Below are positions 1 through 9,900 of a stretch of 64,000 nucleotides of DNA, one piece after another. This DNA comes from a virus. Below the pieces are notes generated by a model. The model saw only the letters and a list, made by a program, of their open reading frames with translations, did not search any database and had not been told where the DNA came from. Position numbers and translations under genes: made by a program. Positions within the stretch are counted from its first letter, which is position 1. Every line of letters begins with the position of its first letter. Location: positions 47,743 through 111,742 of IMG/VR virus record IMGVR_UViG_3300043772_001024, one strand, 5' to 3'.

Positions 1-1912
1 CTTCTGGAAGATATTGTAAACTTTGAGGTAGGTTTTGTTGAATTGGTTGCATTTGTTCCATTTCATATCCTTCACAAGGAGGACACGTACCATCAGCATT
101 TTTAGGGAACACTGCTTCGTCACCTGTCATAGGATCAGTACATACACACTCTTCTTCTTCAGTACCTGTTGTTGTTGTAGTTATTGGTTCTTGAGGTATT
201 ATGTGTTCTGCTTCTTCAAATGATGTATTTACTTTATTTATACAATCTTTATAAGTTTGACCTTCTGGAGAACTGTATATAATTTCTAATGCTTTTGCTT
301 TAGATTCTTCCCAATTTGGATCTCCTGGTCTTGCACCCTTTAACCATTTTGGAAAAGCTTCAACTAACATTTGGTCTATATTTCCTGATTTAGTAATTTT
401 ATCACATAAGCCACCAGCTACACCTTTAGGATCTGCTTTACCACTTCCAGCACCTTTATAATATTTTACATCTTCTCCCTTTCTTCTTCTGTATTGACCT
501 TCATATCCACTTGATGATTTACCTTTGGTCCAGTCAGTACCGGATGAAAATGTGCCAACTTTTTTTGACTTTATTCCTCCAACAGTTTCACCATTATCAG
601 CTTTACGTAAAGGAACACCACCATAAGCCATCTGATTAGGATTGTTATAGAATGGCATTCCATAACCACCCATAGACATACCATACATAGCCATAGGAGC
701 TTGTTGCATTTGTTGTTGTGGCATTTGTTGTGCCATAGCCATCATCTGTTCAGGAGAAGGTTGTCCTTGTGGAGGAGCTTGCATTCCTGGTTGAGCTCCT
801 TGTTGTTGCTGAGCCATCATCTGCCTTTGTTGTGCAGCTTGTTGTTGCAAGTTATTAAGAGCATCTGTAACCATTTCTTTTGCCTTCATTTCCGGAATAG
901 CAAGATTACCAAGAACTGTAATTATATCTTCAGGAGTTATTCTGCTTTGCAATAAGTTTAGAAGAATCTCATCCATTTCTTTTCCTTGATCAACTGCACT
1001 TTTTACATCTGCTGTAATTTTATTTAATGCAACTTCTAAACCTTTATCAGCATGTCTCAACATTCCACCATGTCTCATACCTGGTTGCATTGGAGGTTGT
1101 TCCATTCCTTGTTCTTCAGGCATAGCTACAGGAGAACCGTCAGGCATTGTTGGAGGCTCATTAGCTTCAATAGCTTGTTGAGGTGCTCCTTCTGCCATTG
1201 CTTGACCCATATCAATTGCCTGACCTGCTTGTGCTGGTGATTCTTGTTCTGGTTGATCCGGTAGTATGTCTTGTTCAGAGATACCATTAGCTTCCATATA
1301 TTGTTTAGCCACAGATGGAATTCCTTGTGGAAAACCTTTCTTAGCTTCTTGAGCTAAAGCTAATGCACCTAGTTTAATGATCATTTTCTTTATCATTAAC
1401 TCTGCAGTTTTTATTTGCACTTTATCTGAACTAGGATCTTGCATTGTTGCTCTATACTTATTTAATGCAATAAACTGTTTAGATAAATCTGCCGGGGTAT
1501 ATCCTCCTTTCTTAGCTGCTTTATTAAACATCTTAAGAATAGCAGGATCTTTGATCATCATCTCCTTAGTATCACTAAAGATAAAACTATCATCCGGAAG
1601 ATTTAATGGTACACCATTAGCACTATGTCTAGGTCCTTTAATTTCATAAAACAAAGGATATCCAGAAGGATCAAATGTTAATACAGTTTCTCCACCTTCA
1701 GCTTCTAGGTTAGCTTCCTCTCTAGGTACTTTTGTTATTGTAGTTCTAGATACTGCTTTAGGTTCTGTAAGTTTTAAGTTACCACCACCAAATGCTGAAA
1801 GATCATTTGCTAATGATCCTTCTACCTGATATCCAGTCTTAGCTTTTGGAGGCTGAGTTATTTTTACTTTAAATAATTCAGGAGCTTCTGCTATTTTAAC
1901 TCTGTATCTCAT
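1..1912 (-). CDS. Partial virion cargo/ejection-type protein (runs off the window start; not in ORF track)
   Basis: ATG at 1912, hand-translated MRYRVKIAEAPELFKVKITQPPKAKTG...ANLEAEGGETV...GPRHSANGVPLNLPDDSFIFSD...; Q/P/M-rich segments; MAYGG/MRHGG/KKGG motifs; lies downstream of the tail genes as crAss cargo genes do. Confidence 0.75.
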   Translation of the reverse strand, partial: MRYRVKIAEAPELFKVKITQPPKAKTGYQVEGSLANDLSAFGGGNLKLTEPKAVSRTTITKVPREEANLEAEGGETVLTFDPSGYPLFYEIKGPRHSANGVPLNLPDDSFIFSDTKEMMIKDPAILKMFNKAAKKGGYTPADLSKQFIALNKYRATMQDPSSDKVQIKTAELMIKKMIIKLGALALAQEAKKGFPQGIPSVAKQYMEANGISEQDILPDQPEQESPAQAGQAIDMGQAMAEGAPQQAIEANEPPTMPDGSPVAMPEEQGMEQPPMQPGMRHGGMLRHADKGLEVALNKITADVKSAVDQGKEMDEILLNLLQSRITPEDIITVLGNLAIPEMKAKEMVTDALNNLQQQAAQQRQMMAQQQQGAQPGMQAPPQGQPSPEQMMAMAQQMPQQQMQQAPMAMYGMSMGGYGMPFYNNPNQMAYGGVPLRKADNGETVGGIKSKKVGTFSSGTDWTKGKSSSGYEGQYRRRKGEDVKYYKGAGSGKADPKGVAGGLCDKITKSGNIDQMLVEAFPKWLKGARPGDPNWEESKAKALEIIYSSPEGQTYKDCINKVNTSFEEAEHIIPQEPITTTTTGTEEEECVCTDPMTGDEAVFPKNADGTCPPCEGYEMEQMQPIQQNLPQSLQYLPE

Positions 1913-1917
1913 GTTGA

Positions 1918-4900
1918 TTATTTTATATATTCTACTTTACCTCCGGCAGCTTCAATAGCTTTTATTTGATCCATAGTTAAACTATAAACTTTACCTTTAG
2001 CATATTGTGAATTCATTTGTCCACCTTTCTTACCATACAGACCACCTTCATAACCTTGTTTACCAGGAGTGCTTCCATATTGAGTTTCATTACCACTTGC
2101 CATCAAGTCTGAACCTTTTCTTTCTGCAGAACCAAAACCTGATTGACCTGTATTAGCAGTAGCAGCATCAGATGTTCTTGATCTTTGTGCAGCTAAATCC
2201 ATTTTTCTACCCTCATCTCTAGCATTTAAAAATCCAGTAGTCAGTCCTGTTAAACTTGTTGGACCACTAAATAAATCTGTAGCAAGTTGTCCTGGATTAA
2301 ATGTATAAGCAGATTGTTCTACTGTTCTACCTATAAGATTAGGATCATTAAACTCTGCTTTATCTACAGTGATACCAGGTTTAGCTTTTGGTAAATATCC
2401 ACCGTAAGCCATGTATTCAGGTACATAACCACCATAAGCCATATAACCACCATAAGCCATTGGTAATTCATCTAAACCATCTTCTCCAGTATAAGCTGGA
2501 TTAGATCCGCTTGATGGAGGTGGTACTCCAGGATTATAATCTTGTGGAGTTGGAACAAACTTTGGATCAGCCATAGGGTTGTCTTCACCAGGTGCAGAAT
2601 ATGAAGGACTAGATGCTGCTGGTCTACCCATATTAGTATTTCCAGTTACACCTGTACTTGCAGTACCAAATGCATTACCTCCAAAAGGATTTGAAGAAAC
2701 ATTAGATTGTCCAGACATTGAAAAATTATTTGGACTTTCTGCATATTTTAAATTACCTGATGGTTGAACACCTGTGCTAGCAGATCCAAATTGATTTCCA
2801 CCAAATGCATCTCCAGTAAATGGATTACTTGATGATACAGCAGATTCACCTTGAGATTGCATTGTTTCAGGAGCAGTTCCAGATAATTTACTAGGAATTT
2901 GAGAAGCACCTCTTGTAGGCATACTGCTTGGAGGAGTAATAGATTCAGCATCTGCATTTACAAGTCTACCTTTACTATCAATACCCATTGGGTTTCCTTC
3001 AACATCCACATTAGTCATCAGCATTTCATTTTTGCCAAGCTTCATTCCTTTTGCAGTTCTTGTATCTGTTGTTTCTTCATCATCTTCTCCACCAGTAGTT
3101 GTTGTTCCTGCATTAATATTAGTACCAGAACCTTGTTTGTTTATCAAATCATCTGCAGCCCCATCTTCAGGATCAGCATACCATTCTCTTACTCTTTTAG
3201 TATCAAATGGGTTATACCACTTACCTCTATCTTTGTATGCTACTTCTCTAATCTTTTTAGTTCCTTCAGGTACTTGCCAATTAACCGGAGAAAAAGCATT
3301 GCTATAATTAAAATCTCTTGTAAGTCCAAAACCTAATCTTTGAGGTCTACCTACTGAGAATTGACCTTGACCCATTCCTTGTTGTCCCTGCATCATTTGC
3401 ATCATTTGCATATATTGAGCCATTTGGTTTTGATTACCCATAGAACCATAATTATCTCTATTTTGATTAAATGTAATTTGATCACCTACTTTATATCCAC
3501 CACTTTGAGGACCTTGATTTTTTGTAAGATCAAAGTTTCTACCACTTGTTGTTCCTGTATTAGGTTGACCAGTTGGTTGGAATCTATTACCTACAGTACC
3601 AGAAGGTTGCATACCTGTAGTAGCTTTACCAAATGCATTACCAGCAAATGGGTTTACATCTACTGGATTTTTACTACCCATTTGATCTATTCTGTTTTTG
3701 GTAGCATTCATTTGTTTTTGAAAGTTGGTAATATAACCATCATATGCTTTATGTAAAACATCTCCACCATATGCATACTCATCACCTCCATAGATAAACT
3801 TCTGAAGATTACCATATTCATCAGGTTCTACACCAGATATTGGACCTCCCATTTGGTAGTAGTCATAATATTTTGTTGCTAGTGGGTTTAAAGACAGTCT
3901 TCTTTTTCTTTCATTTATTTCTTTTTCTGTTGTTTCTGCAGCTGTGTCTTTGATAAAGCTACCATCTGGCTTAACAATATCATAACCATTAGCTTTATTA
4001 ATTTCTTTATACTTTTTTGCTCTAACATCTTTTGGTATACGTGCTAGATAATTAAATTTCTGGTCAAAAGCTTCTTGATTAGCCTCCTCTGCTTTAGTAC
4101 GTTTATCAGACCAAGGAGAAAATTCTGAACTTACCGCAGACCAACCCATATGAGAATCAGAGTCACCCAGTTGACTACTTTGTGTACCATCTGGATTTGT
4201 AACTATATAACTTTCATCAAGGCCATATTTGCTAGGATCAGCATTATATTCTTTTTGACTTACTGGATTACTCCAAACTAATGATTCATCTACATTAGTA
4301 TTGTCATCATCATATTGACCAGACCATACTAAACCTCTTTGATCAACATCATTTCCTTTTGGATTTTTAATTACTTCTCCTGTTGCAGGATCTATCATAT
4401 AACCATACTGAGAAGGATCTTTTGCTTGATTATAAAGAGAGTCTGTAAACTTATCAGAATCAGCTTTTTGTTTAGATAATTTTGCAAAATCACCTGCCCA
4501 GTCTTGACCATAATCTATAAGACCAGGTATATTAGTTTGTTGACTTTGTAAAGGTGCACCCCCTACAGATTGAGCTTGTGTAGATTGAGAAGCTGCAGTA
4601 GAACTTGCACTAGATGAAGGTCCTGTAGCTTTCATAGTCTTTTTACCATTCAGCATTCTTGCATTTGGATTCTCAAAAGGATTACCCAATAGCTCTTCCG
4701 GATCTGGTAGATCAACTATAGATCTTACTCTGTTACCATCTTGATCTGCACAGTATCCTAAGTTAGGGTCATATACAGATCCTGGAGGACATTTAATCTC
4801 ATTCTTTTTACTTGACTTATTATTTTGTGCAGCAGTGGAATTTGGATTTTGTTTTGCTACTTCATCTAAAGCAGCATTGTTTATAGTGCTGATAGTTTTC

Positions 4901-5946
4901 TTTCTTACTTGTGCTGGGTAGCTTACTTTTTTATAAGACATCATACCTGGCCCCATCATACCAGGAAACATTCCAGGCATCATATTCATTGCACCAGGAA
5001 GCATTTTAGCTAAATCTCCAATAGCATCTAAATCCCATGTAGCTTCAGCTTTTCTTAAACCACCTAATGGTCCAAACTCATAATTAACATTTGCACCAGG
5101 TATTGCTGTTGGTGTTCCAAATAAAGCTCTGTTAGCTCTTGCAATTTTTCTATTTCTTCCACCAAATAGAAACTTACCATTAAAATTATCTCCCATTGTA
5201 GATTCTTGATATTGTTGATATTCATTTTCTGCTGTTTCTTTCATCTTAGCTTCATTAGCAGTTTGCTTAATTATGGCAGCTAAGTTTTTTTCAGGAGGTG
5301 TAAATCCAGAAGGACTATCTATTGTTCCTCTTGGAGATATGTTAGTTTCATTGTTTTTTACTTCTTCCCCTTGAGCAGCTTTTCTTAATTCTTTAATTCT
5401 CTTTTTTACATAAGCACCTTTGGTTAAACCACCAAACTTATAAGCATTGTCATAAGGCTCTGCATCCATTCCGATATAATATGGTTGCTTAGGTTTAGGT
5501 ACTATACTGCCTGGGGCAAACTGTCCACCTTCTGCATATTGACCACCATATCTTGCCATATCTTCATCATCATCTTCATCCGCACCTTCATTAACAACGG
5601 CAAGTCCTTGATTGTCACCTCCATAGTAATCATAAATAGCAGCATTATCAGGCTCCTCTTCTTCTATTACTTCTGTTGTTTCTTCTTGTACTGGTGTATC
5701 ATATGGAGCAGATGCTTCATCCTCATCATACTCATCATCTCCTAGAAGATCATATTGTTTGTAAACCTTATCTCTTGCTTGATCTCTTGATAAACCAAAC
5801 TCAGCCATCTCATAGATAATAATTTCAGGATCTTTACCTTCTGCAATCTTTTTATTTATTTCTTTATCTATGTTAACAGCCATACCATCCTTGGCTTTTA
5901 CCAGCTTACCTTTCCCATCCGGAGCTTTATATAATCTAACTTTCAT
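1918..5946 (-). CDS. Large low-complexity putative virion cargo protein
   Basis: 1342 aa ORF, G/Q/M/N/S-rich, repeated MAYGG/xxxGG and NPFxGNAFG motifs, position in the cargo region. Confidence 0.7.
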   Translation of the reverse strand: MKVRLYKAPDGKGKLVKAKDGMAVNIDKEINKKIAEGKDPEIIIYEMAEFGLSRDQARDKVYKQYDLLGDDEYDEDEASAPYDTPVQEETTEVIEEEEPDNAAIYDYYGGDNQGLAVVNEGADEDDDEDMARYGGQYAEGGQFAPGSIVPKPKQPYYIGMDAEPYDNAYKFGGLTKGAYVKKRIKELRKAAQGEEVKNNETNISPRGTIDSPSGFTPPEKNLAAIIKQTANEAKMKETAENEYQQYQESTMGDNFNGKFLFGGRNRKIARANRALFGTPTAIPGANVNYEFGPLGGLRKAEATWDLDAIGDLAKMLPGAMNMMPGMFPGMMGPGMMSYKKVSYPAQVRKKTISTINNAALDEVAKQNPNSTAAQNNKSSKKNEIKCPPGSVYDPNLGYCADQDGNRVRSIVDLPDPEELLGNPFENPNARMLNGKKTMKATGPSSSASSTAASQSTQAQSVGGAPLQSQQTNIPGLIDYGQDWAGDFAKLSKQKADSDKFTDSLYNQAKDPSQYGYMIDPATGEVIKNPKGNDVDQRGLVWSGQYDDDNTNVDESLVWSNPVSQKEYNADPSKYGLDESYIVTNPDGTQSSQLGDSDSHMGWSAVSSEFSPWSDKRTKAEEANQEAFDQKFNYLARIPKDVRAKKYKEINKANGYDIVKPDGSFIKDTAAETTEKEINERKRRLSLNPLATKYYDYYQMGGPISGVEPDEYGNLQKFIYGGDEYAYGGDVLHKAYDGYITNFQKQMNATKNRIDQMGSKNPVDVNPFAGNAFGKATTGMQPSGTVGNRFQPTGQPNTGTTSGRNFDLTKNQGPQSGGYKVGDQITFNQNRDNYGSMGNQNQMAQYMQMMQMMQGQQGMGQGQFSVGRPQRLGFGLTRDFNYSNAFSPVNWQVPEGTKKIREVAYKDRGKWYNPFDTKRVREWYADPEDGAADDLINKQGSGTNINAGTTTTGGEDDEETTDTRTAKGMKLGKNEMLMTNVDVEGNPMGIDSKGRLVNADAESITPPSSMPTRGASQIPSKLSGTAPETMQSQGESAVSSSNPFTGDAFGGNQFGSASTGVQPSGNLKYAESPNNFSMSGQSNVSSNPFGGNAFGTASTGVTGNTNMGRPAASSPSYSAPGEDNPMADPKFVPTPQDYNPGVPPPSSGSNPAYTGEDGLDELPMAYGGYMAYGGYVPEYMAYGGYLPKAKPGITVDKAEFNDPNLIGRTVEQSAYTFNPGQLATDLFSGPTSLTGLTTGFLNARDEGRKMDLAAQRSRTSDAATANTGQSGFGSAERKGSDLMASGNETQYGSTPGKQGYEGGLYGKKGGQMNSQYAKGKVYSLTMDQIKAIEAAGGKVEYIK

Positions 5947-5981
5947 GTTATTCTTTATAATTAAATATACTAAATTTTAAT

Positions 5982-6950
5982 TTAACTGATAAACTTTTTA
6001 AGTTTACTTACTGGTTCTACTATGTATCCTTGGTCTATATATTTCTGTATTTCTTTTTCTGGTATATCTATTTCTATATAGTCATTAGTTGATCCACCCT
6101 TTCTTTTTTGATTTAGGTTATCACTATCAATATCTTCACCTGTATCACCAATATTTATAACTTGTTGCCAAGGAATAGTTTTATATAAAGTTTTAATTGA
6201 ACTAGGATCTAAATATTTAAGTTTACCAAACTTACCTAATGCTGGTACTGCACCAAACATATCAGCAGCTTGTCTCCATGTAGGTAAATCCATTCCACTT
6301 TCTTGCCAATCAGAGTATGCATTTTTTGCATCTCCCCAAGAAAGATATCCAGTTGGATCAAAAAATTCTGCTACATTTTCTCCAAAAGATTCTGGCATAT
6401 GTCCAGTTTTAGTTCCTGTAATTGTTACTTCAGGAAAAGTTTTTTGTAAAACTGTATCTTTATTTCTTTTTTGTTTGATCTCTTTGTTTAATAAAGCCTT
6501 ATTACTAAAAGAATTATTTACAGGTTGTTTAGATCCTTTTCTAGTTAATGAGGGTACTGGTTTTTTGCTTTGATTACCTTGTCTCATTCTAGACATTAAA
6601 CCTTGCATAAAAGGATCTTCAACACACTTTTTACCATTCCACTTATATCCTGGAAGACAGTCTGTTGAACCCCCATCTATAAATCTATTTAATGTGGGTA
6701 TAGAAGGATCACTTACTTCTTCTACTATATAACCACCATCAATATACTTTTGTACATCTTCTTCAGATAAATCTAATTTAATATAGTCTTTTTCACCACC
6801 ATCTTCATATTTAAATTTAGCTGTAGGATTGTAAACTCCCGGAGCCCTTTTCTTTTTTCTTTTTTTAAATAACTTGTTTTTTACAAATAGTCTGTTGGTA
6901 GCAAATATGTTACTATTCTGCAATGGCCCACCTTTTTTAAAATCAGTCAT
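5982..6950 (-). CDS. Putative virion/cargo protein
   Basis: 322 aa; duplicated DYI.LD..E..QKYID.GYIVE.VS motif; FKKGG/YEDGG/FIDGG motifs. Confidence 0.65.
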   Translation of the reverse strand: MTDFKKGGPLQNSNIFATNRLFVKNKLFKKRKKKRAPGVYNPTAKFKYEDGGEKDYIKLDLSEEDVQKYIDGGYIVEEVSDPSIPTLNRFIDGGSTDCLPGYKWNGKKCVEDPFMQGLMSRMRQGNQSKKPVPSLTRKGSKQPVNNSFSNKALLNKEIKQKRNKDTVLQKTFPEVTITGTKTGHMPESFGENVAEFFDPTGYLSWGDAKNAYSDWQESGMDLPTWRQAADMFGAVPALGKFGKLKYLDPSSIKTLYKTIPWQQVINIGDTGEDIDSDNLNQKRKGGSTNDYIEIDIPEKEIQKYIDQGYIVEPVSKLKKFIS

Positions 6951-9900
6951 TATCTTAAAGAGTATTGGTTCTTACTATTAAATAATTTAAGGATCATGTT
7001 AGTATCCCTTGAGTCAGCTTTACTAAGATACATGAAGTTAACCATGTGTCTGAATTTTTTTCTTTGTAACAAAGATTTATTATAGTCTACAGCTTGAGGG
7101 TTAATAGCTTTTTTATAACCATTAGCTTCTGTAATCCACAACATGTTCTCTGGATAGTTTCCTAATAAAGTTGTAGTACCTGGAATAAGCTGTCCAGATG
7201 GTGGATAACCTGATCCATTAGGGAATTCTCCACGGTCTTTAGTAATATCCCAAAACTGGTTAACTCTGTATTTGTTCTCTTCTTTAGAAAACAAGATATC
7301 ATATGAGTTATTGTTTATATTAAGTTGTGGATACAATAATGATAATGCTATATTATTCTTAGGGAATACATTAAGATTCAAGTATCCTGATATTTGTTCT
7401 GAGTTATGTATAACTAGTCTATCAAAGTTATAATCCAATATATGGAACTGATCACTGCAGAATCTTCTTTCTCTTCTATAACACTCAAGTACATACTCTA
7501 TACTTTTTACTGTTGTAACAGATTGACCGGTAGTTATTGGGAACTCAATTTCAAAAGGATACTGCACACCATAAAAATTACAGTAATCATTACAGTTAGC
7601 ACCATGTTTATAAAACTTATTTGTCTGTGTAGTTATAAAACTATCTTTAGTAGGCATAACAAGATCTGGATGCCAATCATGGAAGCTTATCCAAAACTGA
7701 GACTTAGGGTCATAACTTACTGTCCATGAGGCATCTTCAAATATTCTAGGATCTCCAAGTGCTAGTTTAATAGGTGTATTTGAAGGTTTACCATCTACAT
7801 AAGGATAATAATTAAAATAACTTTCTTTACCTGAATTTATATTAATTACTCTTCCTGCTAATGGAAAACCATCAGGACCAATTTCTTTTAACTTATAATC
7901 TTTTTTACAAAAGTAAAGTACAGAGTTATAGTTATCATATACTGCTTGTGTTCCAACACCTGCTACTGGATTATCCTGATATGGATAATCAGGAAAATCC
8001 TCAAGTAATTTACACGGCAAGAAATAATCAAACCACCATTTCATACCAGCTTGAGATACTTCTTGAAGACCTTCACCATATGAGAATACTTTACCTTGAT
8101 CTTGTGATATATAATATAGTCCCGCTGGAGTTGATATTACTGACAATCTTCCTTGAGATGACCCATACATGTATGGTTTATCTGCTACTACAATATTTTG
8201 AGGTTCTCTTGCAAATACACCTCCGTCACCTATAATGACTTTTGTTCCTGATCCATCCATCTCAAGTGTATCAACACCTTGGAATACTATTGGACTATCA
8301 TTCTTAAATGTAACAAAGGCTCCAGTTTTAGCAAAGTTTTTAACTCCACTAATCTGACTAACAAATTCTTTTCTGTTTAACGGTAAGAATATAAACCAAT
8401 TATCAGTAGATGATGTTTGTGAAACAGGTAATGAATATGTAATAGTATTTGGATAATAAGTATAACATAACTCAGCAACCTCAGGATTATAGTACACACT
8501 CTGTAAAAATCCAAATGATGTATATCTGTTTGTAAGCCTTGTTATACTTAATGAATAATCATATAGATAAAAGTTACCTTCTGTTGCAGTTATCTTATCC
8601 ATTCTGAACATAGTCTCTAAGTCTGTATACCTATATGGGTTATAAGCCTTTTCATAATCAAAGACACCAACTTCTCTAAAGTCATTTATTACATCAGACT
8701 CTACAAAAAAGTCTCTTACTCCAGATGCTGATAAATAGAAATATGCATTCTTAACATTTGTAAACCCGTCATATGAAACTGGTGGAATTATGCTCCAAGC
8801 TTTATCAGTTCCTCTATTATAACCTTTATGATCAAGATTAAAATAATCATTTGGTAAAAATCCGTCACCTGTTGTTCCATTATAAAAGTCATTTATCCAT
8901 TGTGTCCAAGTTCCAGGGTTGGCTATATTAAGCTGGGATGCATCATACTTTTCACTATTAGCCCAATACCTAGGTTCAGGAATCATCTGACTATTAAAGT
9001 AATTATACTCATAACCATTGGGTTCTGTATATAACCAATTATAGAAAAAGAACATTGGATTCTTTTCTGTAAATCTTGTTATGTAAGTATCACCACCAAA
9101 TATTACAGGAGTTTGGTTAATTGTTTTTAATGTAACAGATTTATTTGTAGGAGCTGGTAAATTATTAGTTGTATATGGTAATGTTGCATAATCAAACTTT
9201 TGCTCACATGGTGTTATTGGAAACTGAGTAATACTTTTTAACTGTCCATATTGGTCATCATTGTCTATTTTCATAGCACTATAATGACTACCAATTCTTG
9301 TAGTAAATTCTATGCTCTTTTTCTTTTCAGTAAACTTTGGACCAGCTGCACCTAAAGCATCATCAAACATACCAAGACTACCTAGTGATTGATCTAGCCC
9401 ACTGGTACCTGTTATTAATAATTTAGGACCATCTGTAGTTGGAGTATTAGCTCTCTCAGTTCTCAACATTAATAACTGACTTCTCTTGTAGTTATTAATA
9501 GTGTATTTTTGAAATTGATTCATGGTAATAGTATCATCATAATCATCTATCTCAAATGAGATATTTTTAAATATATATGATGAGTCTGCAATTTTAAATC
9601 TCTTTGTATCATTTATATTAAATGGTTTAAATGCATCATATAAACCATGACCAATAAGTTGTAAAGCATATTGTCTATATGGTGCTAAGGCATATATTAA
9701 ATCTGCTGCAGCATTAACACCTTCCATAAAGTATTGTGATATTTGAGTTACACCACCTAATGCACTAAACAACCCTTGTGTCCATGAAGGTAACATAGCA
9801 TTTCCTGATAGCTCATTAGTATAACTATTTGTATTAAATATACCTCCTTCAAATAGTGATTGACGATTATTATTTCTAGCAGCACTACCAAAACCATCAG

